A stretch of DNA of 64,000 nt from Oopsacas minuta (Eukaryota; Animalia; Porifera). Shown one piece after another: positions 1 through 10,141 of this stretch (positions within the stretch are counted from its first letter, which is position 1; every line of letters begins with the position of its first letter). Both the position numbers and the translations under genes were made by a program. The notes beneath the pieces were generated by a model. The model saw nothing but the letters and a program-made list of their open reading frames with translations, did not search any database and was not told where the DNA came from. Location of the stretch: positions 124,001 to 188,000 of the forward strand of contig JAKMXF010000347.1 of assembly GCA_024704765.1 (NCBI GenBank), in the 5' to 3' direction.

Positions 1-477
1 ACGATTGACGTACAATCTCGTAGGCTAATACCTCAGATCAAATATACTACGTACATGCTAATATCGAAAATCAGAATTTAGCTATCTTACGAAATAATAT
101 CCATGGATTAGAACATATGATTATCCCTCAATCCTAGCTTCGTCGTAATATAAGCTAAAGTATAAGAGTATAATACGGTCTTAACTGCTTAAGGGCTACC
201 TCTCCCAGTCCCTTCGGTGGTCGTTATAGGCAAGTTTGTCTGTATAGTTTAATATTATTGATACTACAGTAATAATAATTGTCAGTCGTAAAATATCACA
301 AATTACTAGTGTAGATGCTATAGTATACCAAACGAATATAAAATCCCAAATATATATACAAATACAAAGAATACAAATCCATATGGAATAAACTAGCTAC
401 GTATTTAATAAGGAGGAGATTATGCCATAGTTGAGTAGTTACGATTATGATAAGCTAGGGTTAGTACTTAAGATATT

Positions 478-3400
478 CTACCAGTGTGAGTTGGGGATAG
501 GGTAGTAGTGAGGGTGCGGCATCCTGTGTACGTAGTAGGGAGGTGGTCCTCTAGGAGGTCCCTGGTTGTGAGGGTGATTGGGGTCCATATGGTGCATGGG
601 GGGACCGTATGGAGGGTACTGCTGGTTAGGAGGGATGGGAGAGTTAGGGCGGGGTGTAGGAGATGGGATCTGATTTGGGTGTTGTAGAGGAGGAGCTTGA
701 GCATTGGGATGTATGACCTGGTGAGGAGGAGCAGGTCTAGGGGACTCCGGGGGAGTAGGGAGAGGAGACGGAGTGGAGTGTAGTCCTATAGGAGGAGGGT
801 AATGAGGAGGAGGAGGAGGAGGAGGGGGATTATGGTAGGAAAACTGTTGTCCGTGAGGAGGTGGACCCTGATGAGGAGGGTGGGAGTGTGGATGGTGGTG
901 AGGAGGCATGTTAGCACCAGGAGGAGGGGGAGGAGGTCCCCATTGACCGCTTGGATGTGGACCATGCATAGGAGGCATGGGCATAGGTGGAGCACCTTCA
1001 TGCCAATGATTCCCGTTCCAACCTGGAGGAGGGTGAGGAGGGTGCGGGTTCCTAGGAGGCATACCGTTAGGATCTACTCTCTCCCAGTGAGGAGGGGGAG
1101 GAGACGGCTGGTGGTAGATAGGACGTGATTGAGGTGAGTTAGCAGGTGTGAAGGGAGGAGGAGGAGGAGGTCGTGAGTATTGGTGTTTTGATTTAGGTTT
1201 GTTCTCAGAGAAGTTATTTAGTTTATATCTGGTTCTTGTGATCTCTTTAGCTCTGTAGCTGTCCTTGTTATCAGAATCTGATGTACAAGATTCTGAGTCA
1301 GATGAAAATGAAGGAGGTCTTGTCATCTTTATTGAGTCTAGACCATCATCTCCCCAAATATTTTTACTCGGCCATAATTTAGAATCTGAACAATGGAACT
1401 CCTTACTCCCAGTTTCCTGGGGAAGAGGATACTCGTATAGTGTGTTCATGTGAGTACTGTCAATGCTGTCTTCTAGTTTCGTATTACCTCTGTTCTTCAC
1501 TTGAGGAGGAGAGGTGCCAAAACCTGTCTCTTTTGAGGGAGGGGCAGGGAAGTCAAGATCTAGCACCCCACACAGAGTAGGCCAGCTGTTACACTTGGTG
1601 AGGTTATCATTTGATAGAGAACTACTCCAATGTTTACCTATCTCACCAGCTGCTTGTATATTGTCAGTAGAGGTAGAAGGATTAATTGATAGATTATTAA
1701 CTGACTGATGCTTCTCTGGTAATACACCTGTAACAGTCGTTTGAGAGCTGTCTACACTGAAGTTACGCTTATGGTTACGAGGTGATTTATCTTTAGATGG
1801 AGATGGTACTGCTTTTTTATCATCCTTCTGTTTAGGGGAGTTTAGATCTTGATTAGTTTTGTAGAATAAGTCAAAGAAGAAGTCTCTAGACCCGTCTGTA
1901 CCGGGGTCATCTCGTGGCCATGAGTTAAGACCAGGTTTCTGCAGTTGTTCCCATTTCCTGAATCTGTCAGTATGTAAGTGTTGGAGGGTCGTGTCTTGGA
2001 ACAGCTGTTGTCTGACGTCATCAACTCCATCAGCTGACATAGTAAAATCAGGATTAATAGCTTTTAGTGTGGATACAGAACTTATACTCTCAGAGGATCC
2101 TGTCTTAGATCGGCTGTTAGCTAAGTTAGAGGGGTGTGTCCTTATTCCTGCACCCTCTCTATTGTACTTGGTAGATTCATCTAGGTAATGGAGGGACATG
2201 GTGTGTTGTAGAGCCGGATGACCTGTTTGCGGTTTTTCTCGCTCTCCATTGCTTCTAAACTCTACATTATCTATAGGCAGTGAATAAGTACGTTGTGTAG
2301 CTATGTGTCTGTTGTTCTGTACAGAATTATCAGCTGATATATTCTTTTTGATAGGCTCCAATCCATGGTTTATAGATAGAACTCTAACATCTACGGTTTC
2401 AAGGATAAAAGTGTTATCAGTTGGGGATAATTGGAAATCCTTCTTGTAGCATGTTTCTATTGTAGCTAGTGGATCCTTAATATGTGCATTACATCCTTCT
2501 AACGCGTTGCTAGGGATTACCTTCCATCTCCGAATCTCTTCAACCTTGAGGCCTAGTTTGTTATCCAATTGGGAAATTAATATGTTGTTCGTAACCCCTG
2601 TAGTGAGAATTTCCGCGATATCGACCAGATAAGCTTTCCCATATAGCAGCAACACAGAGACATAGCTAGATTTCTTCAGCATGTCGCTACACACTTCACA
2701 GGTGACTAATTCCGCGAGTCTCTTCCTCGTATCAATATCAGTTCCCTCTAAACTCAACCGGCCACACAGCTGATCAATCTCGTGGTGAATTTTATTGGTT
2801 CCATCCTCCCTATTAATCTCTGTATCCCCAATGACGTAGCTGGTATTCTGCGGAATTTCACACGTGATAACTCCCTCACGTATAGCCTCCCCCCTCCTGA
2901 CGTAGTACTCATTGATTTGAGCTAGCTCTTCCTCTGTAACACATCTCTCCAGAGCTTTACACATATCATTAGGATTACATTGGAAACCTCCAAGCACCTG
3001 AAACCTCTTGAATGGTGTCTTATCCAGATACTGTACATACTCTAGTAGCTGCTTGCGAATATACAGGTCATTAGATGTTGTAGAGGATAGAGCTAGTCTA
3101 AAGTCCTGTTGACGTATCTCAGCACTGGTTTGACTAGCCACGAACCAATGAGCAGTAGGGACCTGTAACATTTGTGGGAGAGAAGGGAAGAAGGCTGGGA
3201 GTTGATTTAGATCCTCCGAGGGGGTAACGGGGGAGGATTGATTTGGGCCGGTTAGCTCACGAATAGAATACGTTTCGTGTCCTTTCTGGAAGAAGAAACC
3301 TAGCAAATCGATCAGCTGATCTACGCAAGGCTGCAGTAATCGGACCTTATGCATATTGATCTCCTGTTTGGATATTTTCCTATAACTACGTGTACTTCCT

Positions 3401-3816
3401 ATAGGCTGTGTGTCATTACAGTTAGATACAGGGTCGTTACCATTGCTTTGTCTGCTGGCGTATGCAGGAGAAATTTCCTTACCTCCTCTATTCCTCTGTC
3501 CGATTATCTCAGAGAGCTCGCCGAATGCTGTCTTGACTACAGCCGAGAGGGACAGGGTCTTATCTTCTACTGGCTCAAATATCCAAGTGATTGTATCCTT
3601 GAAACTTCTAACTCCATTCTCTAAGGGAGTACCACGCAGGAGCTTCTCGTACTCTTCAATGACAGACAGTAAGTCTATTCGAAGTTTATCTAATGTTGAG
3701 GAAAAGGTTTCCAAATGCTGCTGACATGAGTCAAGTACTGTCTGTGTGTTTAGACTAAGTGGTTTGGCTGGGAATCTCTGAAAGGAATTCCTATTAGGTT
3801 CACTGTTAGTTTCCAT
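478..3816 (-). CDS. Uncharacterised 1112-aa intronless protein: helical/globular N-terminal ~500 aa, Ser-rich disordered middle, ~230-aa Pro/His/Gly low-complexity C-terminal tail
   Basis: 3.3-kb uninterrupted ORF, ATG at 3816. The tail has PPPPPP, HHHPHSHPPH and PPxY-type motifs (PPHY, PPPY). No family confidently recognised. Confidence 0.8.
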   Translation of the reverse strand: METNSEPNRNSFQRFPAKPLSLNTQTVLDSCQQHLETFSSTLDKLRIDLLSVIEEYEKLLRGTPLENGVRSFKDTITWIFEPVEDKTLSLSAVVKTAFGELSEIIGQRNRGGKEISPAYASRQSNGNDPVSNCNDTQPIGSTRSYRKISKQEINMHKVRLLQPCVDQLIDLLGFFFQKGHETYSIRELTGPNQSSPVTPSEDLNQLPAFFPSLPQMLQVPTAHWFVASQTSAEIRQQDFRLALSSTTSNDLYIRKQLLEYVQYLDKTPFKRFQVLGGFQCNPNDMCKALERCVTEEELAQINEYYVRRGEAIREGVITCEIPQNTSYVIGDTEINREDGTNKIHHEIDQLCGRLSLEGTDIDTRKRLAELVTCEVCSDMLKKSSYVSVLLLYGKAYLVDIAEILTTGVTNNILISQLDNKLGLKVEEIRRWKVIPSNALEGCNAHIKDPLATIETCYKKDFQLSPTDNTFILETVDVRVLSINHGLEPIKKNISADNSVQNNRHIATQRTYSLPIDNVEFRSNGEREKPQTGHPALQHTMSLHYLDESTKYNREGAGIRTHPSNLANSRSKTGSSESISSVSTLKAINPDFTMSADGVDDVRQQLFQDTTLQHLHTDRFRKWEQLQKPGLNSWPRDDPGTDGSRDFFFDLFYKTNQDLNSPKQKDDKKAVPSPSKDKSPRNHKRNFSVDSSQTTVTGVLPEKHQSVNNLSINPSTSTDNIQAAGEIGKHWSSSLSNDNLTKCNSWPTLCGVLDLDFPAPPSKETGFGTSPPQVKNRGNTKLEDSIDSTHMNTLYEYPLPQETGSKEFHCSDSKLWPSKNIWGDDGLDSIKMTRPPSFSSDSESCTSDSDNKDSYRAKEITRTRYKLNNFSENKPKSKHQYSRPPPPPPFTPANSPQSRPIYHQPSPPPPHWERVDPNGMPPRNPHPPHPPPGWNGNHWHEGAPPMPMPPMHGPHPSGQWGPPPPPPGANMPPHHHPHSHPPHQGPPPHGQQFSYHNPPPPPPPPHYPPPIGLHSTPSPLPTPPESPRPAPPHQVIHPNAQAPPLQHPNQIPSPTPRPNSPIPPNQQYPPYGPPMHHMDPNHPHNQGPPRGPPPYYVHRMPHPHYYPIPNSHW

Positions 3817-4572
3817 TTGCTAATTTAGTAAGAAATCAATTGTCATTCTAATAAATAATTTCAGAATTAATAATTCCTAAAATGAAGAATAGCTTGATTT
3901 ATATTTTATAAGTTTATTCCATGCATACAAAATACTATTGTTTGTGTGTGTCCAGTTCAAAAGTGCTGAATTTTTGGAATTGGGCAGTCGAGTTGCACAA
4001 TTCAAAGGCGTAATTAATGACCAACGACGTACTCCGGTTACTTACTGAATTCAATTAAAATTGGTTGGTCTATTATAAGATCATTTGTCAGCCCATTAAT
4101 GCTTGTTTGAAGTAAATTAGCAAACATTATTATACGTAGTATCAGATGCAAAGGAATTCCTACCAGGCGTGTCTGTCGCTATATTATGGGAGATCTTAAG
4201 AAAGTGAACTTATCTGATATGATGTATTGAATAGTATGACTGTTATTAAACTCGTAAACCAAGTACACAGAATTATCATGATTTAGTATAAGGTTGGGAT
4301 AAGATATGGACTCCAAGGACTGTCATACTATAGACGCTCCTTCAAATATATTGCTTTATCTTAAACTATCCCCTAATTATCACAGATATCACCGTTAATG
4401 ATCTAATTAGAGGATTACAGAATAAGATATAATACTTTGTACCAAATTGTTGTGTGTTTGATTGTCTGATTTGAAAGTTTAAATAAGATATGCTCAATCA
4501 GAATTTCTCATTCTCAAGCTTCTCATAAATAGCTCGAAATTATAATGATTGGGAAATGGTTAAAATATAATG

Positions 4573-5040
4573 CAACGTTTCCCAACCTGGGTTCAAGGCC
4601 CCCTTGGTGATCGGAAGACAGTAGGGCAGGGTTGCCATGGGAATAGAAATTCTAATGGGAAACTGTGGGAATTCCACGTGGGGAATCCTATGGGATTTCG
4701 GAGATCCTGTGAGAATAGAAATTGAAAATCCGTTAAAACGGAAACCGCGCAGCAGGGTCCACACAATTTGTGAAAATTGGCATAGGGATTGGTAAATTTT
4801 GATTATTATTATTAATTAAATTTTAAAGTAGTGAACGGATTGAAAAATAAATAAAATACTTGATTACAACATCAATTGTAATTAGAGTAAGTACTAATCC
4901 TAAAATGTTCTTGAAGCAATGAGGATTCGATATAATATAGGAATTTCAATGTATCAACTGTGAAATTCAAGGGTCGCTTACTGTAAACTAGTGGCGTGAC
5001 GAGGCCAATGCCGCTGGAGGCAAGTGTGAAAACGCCTTTT
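4573..5040. mobile_element. Nest of truncated hAT-type element ends
   Basis: caacgtttcccaacct at 4573 (Charlie/Buster-like end); cagggttgccatggga at 4627 followed by repeated (t)gggaat subterminal motifs; tagtggcgtgac at 4989. No partner ends identified. Confidence 0.4.
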
Positions 5041-5054
5041 AGTGCTCACAGACT

Positions 5055-5478
5055 CAACGGCGGATTGCTGGGGGGCAAGGGGGGCAATTGCTCCTCCCCA
5101 GTTTTCAAACATTAGAATACCTGAAATTAACTAGTAAACATGAAATAATATACTTTTTTGGAAATTCTACAAGGATGAAGGCGTATTAGCTAGCATGGAA
5201 TCACGCGCTTCTTCTGCATCATCCACCTTCCCAACACATTATCTAAATTGATTGCTTTCACAATTTCTCTAGTCAAGGAAATTGTCATCAAATCATTTGC
5301 TCTAGTGCTATCAAGACTAGATCTAGCCCAACTTACTATTCTATTCATAGCACTAAAGCTTCTCTCGACTGTTGCAGTGCTGATAGGGATGGTTTTGGAG
5401 TATTCTATAATGAAATCAAAAACTAGCTCTGATAAGTTCAATTTTGCCCCCCATTATTTTTTAAAGAATCCGCCACTG
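5055..5478. mobile_element. 424-bp hAT internal-deletion derivative
   Basis: TIRs caacggcggatt (5055) and aatccgccactg (ends 5478), 10/12 match. G-run and C-run subterminals. Contains a transposase C-terminal fragment. Flanked by gctcacagact / gctcacagtact. Confidence 0.8.
5190..5441 (-). pseudogene. hAT transposase C-terminal dimerisation-domain fragment (ZMYM1-like)
   Basis: Translation IPISTATVERSFSAMNRIVSWARSSLDSTRANDLMTIS matches the hATC pattern P.s.a..ERsFS.m..i....R..l. Confidence 0.85.
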
Positions 5479-5669
5479 GCTCACAGTACTTCTATATACC
5501 GTCATAACTCCAGCAGTAACCTTCCGGATATATTCGAAATGTATTGATCTTGTATACATGACATACCGTATACGAAACACACCTGAATTTTTGGGTGATA
5601 CATATACCACGAAACACTTGGTCCGGCTGGACCGTTCAAGACGCGGCTAATCTGTTCAAGTATATAAAA

Positions 5670-5703
5670 CTAGCAAACTACCCGTCGATTTCGACGGGTA
5701 GTT
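5670..5703 (-). mobile_element. Helitron-type 3' terminus
   Basis: Minus strand reads aactacccgtcga-aa-tcgacgggtagtt (perfect 13-bp inverted repeat, 5676-5703), then tg-CTAG|T. This is the canonical hairpin + CTAG|T layout. The 5' end was not located. Confidence 0.65.
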
Positions 5704-6211
5704 CACAAATACAATTTTGTAATCTCTGTAATCTGACATTTATTTTTACACATATTTGATTGTGTGTTAGGCAATAGGAACCATGTAATGAGCAGTACAT
5801 TAGTTGGTTAGCTGTAGGAACAGCTGAAAATAACGCATCAGTAACTACGCAGAATTTCTAATTGGATGTACATGGCCCAATATTAATTTAATATAATGTC
5901 GGAGTGTGAATTAGCACGGTTACTGACACTGAGGATCACTTGGGATTTCTATCGCACTATTCATGACCCCAACGATATGCTACTATTTCATTGATATATA
6001 TTAGTACTCCATGGGACTATCCACAACTCATTTTTAGGCCAAACTATGATTGGTAAATACTCGACTGTATTAGCGGTAAACAATTGCAATGATGAAAGGG
6101 ATCTGATTGGTAAACGTTGAACAATTAGATTCCTCTGTAAAATGCATTGAAAAATCACATATCTTTTGATACACTAATCTGATCTCTTAAATATTTCTAA
6201 TTCGGGGTGCC

Positions 6212-6256
6212 AGAGTCACTCATAGGTGTAGGTGACATACACCTATGAGTGGCTCT
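6212..6256. repeat. 45-nt hairpin with 19-bp stem
   Basis: agagtcactcataggtgta-ggtgaca-tacacctatgagtggctct; one G-T wobble. Confidence 0.85.
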
Positions 6257-6608
6257 TTGGTTAAGATTGGTCAAGTAATCTCACACACACACACCGTTAC
6301 TACTTTACATATATTAATATCATCTATATATTACAGCCTTACAGAGATAAATATACGTAGCATCTGAGCGTATATCTTAAACAAGTCGAATCGAGTCCTA
6401 AAGGTAAACAAATATTAACAATATGTTGGTTCCACCATGTTCCGTACACTGAATCCGAATATGATATTGTAAAAAAAAATATTGTGAATATCTGTTTATT
6501 TTAGGTACATAAAGTAAACAAATTTCAAAATTGAGGTAGAATCATATTTTCAACGACTATACTGGTATGCTCGAGTATGCTGAGCCTGAATATTGTAAAC
6601 AACATAAA

Positions 6609-6715
6609 TATTATTTAATCTCAATAGTTGTTTGTCTGTTTGTTTGTCCGTTGAATACCTCGAGGCGCAATGCGCCAAGTTCATCGCCAAGCGACGAGGC
6701 AAAGGCTTGTAATAG
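6609..6715 (+). mobile_element. Short non-autonomous Helitron-like element
   Basis: AT-rich start, (TTTG/TCTG)n tract, cctcgagg, GC-rich hairpin ggcgca-a-tgcgcc, and the end ..aggcttgtaatag|t. Shares these parts with the element at 27257-27460. Confidence 0.4.
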
Positions 6716-6922
6716 TAATAATATAATCACATACCATAATCCTCCCTACCCAACGCTAATAACGCAATAATGGTCAATAATATTAATTAATTATGTCTCA
6801 GAGCTGTTGGCAACTTGACTAATGATAATTTGAGGACAACGAAAGAAATAAAGAACATAAAGTAAACTAATTAAGTAATTAGAAATTTACAATTACATTC
6901 TAGTTATCACAGGTCCTGGTGT

Positions 6923-8104
6923 CTAGCTTGTCCTACACTCAACTCGCTGTCCACCATGTCCCTCAAGTTCCTCAGGTGTACCACTCATAGTAGAAGGGTC
7001 AATATCCTCCAGTAAGACATCAGTTATCAGATCTGCATCACTCATGTCCATAGGATCTGGAGGATTGGGAAGAAGTTTCTTTAGATTAGCGATATTTTCC
7101 ATCTTCAAGACTCCATCTTTTGGAAACTTTATCGAGAACTTGAGCATAAGTCTACCCTTATCGTGTGTTTTCTGTCTCGGCATACCCTCGTTGAGGAGGG
7201 TCTTAATGTTTCCGGGACGGATAATCTCTCCAGGTATGGTAGAGATGATAAGTTGTCGTTTATCAAGTGTCTCGATAACCTTGTCAAATCCACACAGAGC
7301 TTCAACTAGATCAAGTTCAATATTCATAATCAAATCTATACCTTTACGACGGAACACTTTATGCTTCTGTTCGTCCAGGACAACTACCACATCACCTGGT
7401 GTCTTCTTTGGCTTCTGATCAGCTTCCTCATGGAAAATAATTTTCTGTCCATCTGTCATACCGGGATCAATATGAACTTTTAGGATCTTTTCTTTGTTGA
7501 GTGTTTTCAATCCGTTACAGGTTCTGCACCTATGTCTGTCCGGTATCACCTCTCCCTGTCCTCGACACTCCTTACACACAGTTCTGGACTGTTGCATCAT
7601 ACCCGGGAACATTTGATGCAAGATAGTCTGCACGCCCTGTCCGTTACAGGCCCCACAGGTTTTCACGTGGTTCTCAGCTCCTCCCTTCCCATCACAAGAG
7701 GAACACAGAATGTCTTTATTTATAACTATGTTACGCTCAGCTCCATTGTATAACTCAGCTAATGTAACCTGCATTTCAAATACTATGTCTTTAGTTTTAG
7801 TATCATCACGTCTCCGACCAGATCCCCCGAAAAACATGTTGAATATGTCGTCAGCATTTGAGAACCCACTCATTCCTCCACCCTCCTTCAGAGCTTCTTC
7901 TCCGTGTTTGTCGTACAAACTGCGTTTCTCTTCATTACTCAACACCTCGTATGCAAAAGAAATCTCTTTGAACTTCTCTTCATCTCCAGTAGCTTTGTCG
8001 GGATGAAATTTCAGAGCTAGTTTTCTGTAAGCTTTCTTAAGCTCAGATTGTGTAGCTTGAGGAGGACATCCCAATATATCATAAAGTCTAGTTTCTTTCA
8101 CCAT
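6923..8104 (-). CDS. DNAJA1: DnaJ subfamily A (type I Hsp40), intronless, 393 aa
   Basis: J domain with HPD, G/F-rich linker, four CxxCxGxG repeats, C-terminal domains, and CaaX motif CRTS (cf. CQTS of DNAJA1). Confidence 0.95.
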   Translation of the reverse strand: MVKETRLYDILGCPPQATQSELKKAYRKLALKFHPDKATGDEEKFKEISFAYEVLSNEEKRSLYDKHGEEALKEGGGMSGFSNADDIFNMFFGGSGRRRDDTKTKDIVFEMQVTLAELYNGAERNIVINKDILCSSCDGKGGAENHVKTCGACNGQGVQTILHQMFPGMMQQSRTVCKECRGQGEVIPDRHRCRTCNGLKTLNKEKILKVHIDPGMTDGQKIIFHEEADQKPKKTPGDVVVVLDEQKHKVFRRKGIDLIMNIELDLVEALCGFDKVIETLDKRQLIISTIPGEIIRPGNIKTLLNEGMPRQKTHDKGRLMLKFSIKFPKDGVLKMENIANLKKLLPNPPDPMDMSDADLITDVLLEDIDPSTMSGTPEELEGHGGQRVECRTS

Positions 8105-8558
8105 TGTGGCTCTAACAAATTGAAATCTCTACTTTATTTCCTAACGTCTAACTATATGGCTCAGAATTCAAACAAATCAAGCAACCAAGGATTAAGTATA
8201 AGAAAGTTTTGGTTCAAATAGCATCAGCAATTAAAGGAAATGCGGAATAGCTTGATGGGCAATAATTAGAGATAACAGATGCTATCTCCTACGATTACAT
8301 ATGAAGTAAAAATGTGGCAACTCGTAAAGAAACAAAAACAAGTAGAAGTCAGTAAGTCAGTGACATTGACCGATATTTTGTTTACAACCAATGGCAATTA
8401 TAATCTTTTTGCACAAACACATGGCTCAGGTACATAAATTTGTTATTATACTGTAAAGGTTTGCAATATCTATTACTTGATATTAGTCCAAACTTGACTT
8501 CATATAAGTACCCATACAAGCTTAGTATCAATGTTGCATAATCTCAAAATTAATATTT

Positions 8559-8619
8559 AGAATGTTCTAGAAAGCTAAAAATAGAAATTTCAAAAGAGAG
8601 AATTCTTCTAGAACATTGT
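8559..8619. promoter_or_regulatory. Two heat-shock elements upstream of the Hsp40 gene
   Basis: aGAAtgTTCtaGAAa at 8559-8573 is a perfect 3-unit nGAAn array; cTTCtaGAAcaTTGt at 8605-8619 has one mismatch. They lie ~455-515 nt upstream of the DNAJA1 ATG. Confidence 0.8.
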
Positions 8620-10141
8620 GGAATAATCTAAACAGATATATTTAGAATTTAATCATTTGATAATACATCCTTATTAATAATAATGCAACTTTTATAAGAT
8701 CTGTTTCAGTAATAATAGAAAGTTAACATAAGTTCGGGCCAAATGATCCAAATCCGCTCAAGTGATGACCTTATAATCATGATGTTGATAAACTGGGAGA
8801 TTTAATATGACAAAACCTTACGTACAGAACATCCATAGGATGTTATTATTGTATACAAATCATCAAATATAGAAAGTATATATTTTAACAGATTGGGTTT
8901 ATCCCATTTTGAATTAAATGCATACCTACATCGTATATTCTACAAAGATGCTCTATCTTCAAATCTTAAAGTCATCATCACCACTACCTTTACTTTCGAT
9001 CATTTTAATATATAATATTAATATTCTGTGATTTATATTTCTTGATTTTCTATATTTATTTATTCTAAATTATGCGTGTGATTATATGAGATTTCGAGAT
9101 CGTATTTTTAAGAGCAAATGGAAATGTGTAATTACTGATACTGTAATGGAAATAAATTATCAATCGGAAATCTCCAAAATAGATAAAAGGAGCGTTTCTC
9201 ATAGTATTTTTGAAAAGCGCGCATTCCTGAGATTGAGTGGGGCTTCTATCACTTATAGACGTACTAAACCCTATGCATAGAGTCTTCATGTTACGCAGTT
9301 AGGTATTCTAAGCGCGTCATTCAGTGGGGAAAGCGGGTTAATGGACCCGCTTAACGCGTTTTGGGGGAAACACTGCCTAAAAGTATCAGCAAAAAACTCC
9401 AATTAATTATTAAACATGACGCTATGCTAGAAGATTTGAAAGTAAAATACAAAATACGTACTCACCAACCCTTTATTAAATATTCGGGGATGTTTGCTAA
9501 ATTTCTGTATTTTCGAAATATCACTCGATTTCCAAGTATTACTTCCATAAATAGCAATTTCTGCTCAGTATAACTAATATTTGGGAAAAAGCACATAAAT
9601 TTGCAAATATCTCCCTGGATTTCTTGTAAATCCTTGGGGTAATCCAGGGATCCCGGAAGGGTTACAAAGTATGAAAAAATGCCAATATGGGTTCCCTTTG
9701 GTTCAGTGGTGTAGCCAGGTCTTTGTTTACGGTAGCGCGCAGGTGTGCGAGCAATGATGAACTGTATTACGTTATTATGTATTTTTGTCAGGGAACTCTA
9801 GAAAGTGAATAATTATATCATAGATAGTCTCAAATCTAAACAGTGCTGTCTGAAACCATTCAGATATTAAATATATTTAATATCTGTTACCATTTTCAGC
9901 TTACATTAATTTGTCTGAACAAGTTCAGATGCGCATCACCTTGGCTACGCCTCTGCTTTGGTTTGGTTACTAGCCTTGCACTAGAAATAATAAATATAGA
10001 AACAAAACCATTTAAGAAGAACTTACTCACAAAATCAAATAAGACATCAGAGCATGAGCAAAATTCACAAAACAAATCCAATAAATATACACTAAACTAA
10101 TCGAGCACTAGAAAATAATAAATAAAATATGAATCACACCC

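Noticed and set aside
468-1128. Short overlapping ORFs (Arg/Val-rich, Leu/Thr-rich)
   Set aside because: They are alternative-frame and antisense shadows of the Pro/His codon repeats. The same holds for the many 60-140-aa antisense ORFs inside AGL, ROCO and RNF213.
480-1180. G-rich plus strand with G-quadruplex potential
   Set aside because: Fully explained by CCN/CAY codons on the coding strand.
9323-9341. piggyBac-like right end (cagtggggaaagcggg|ttaa)
   Set aside because: No matching ttaa|ccc left end was found, and the match is too short to support.
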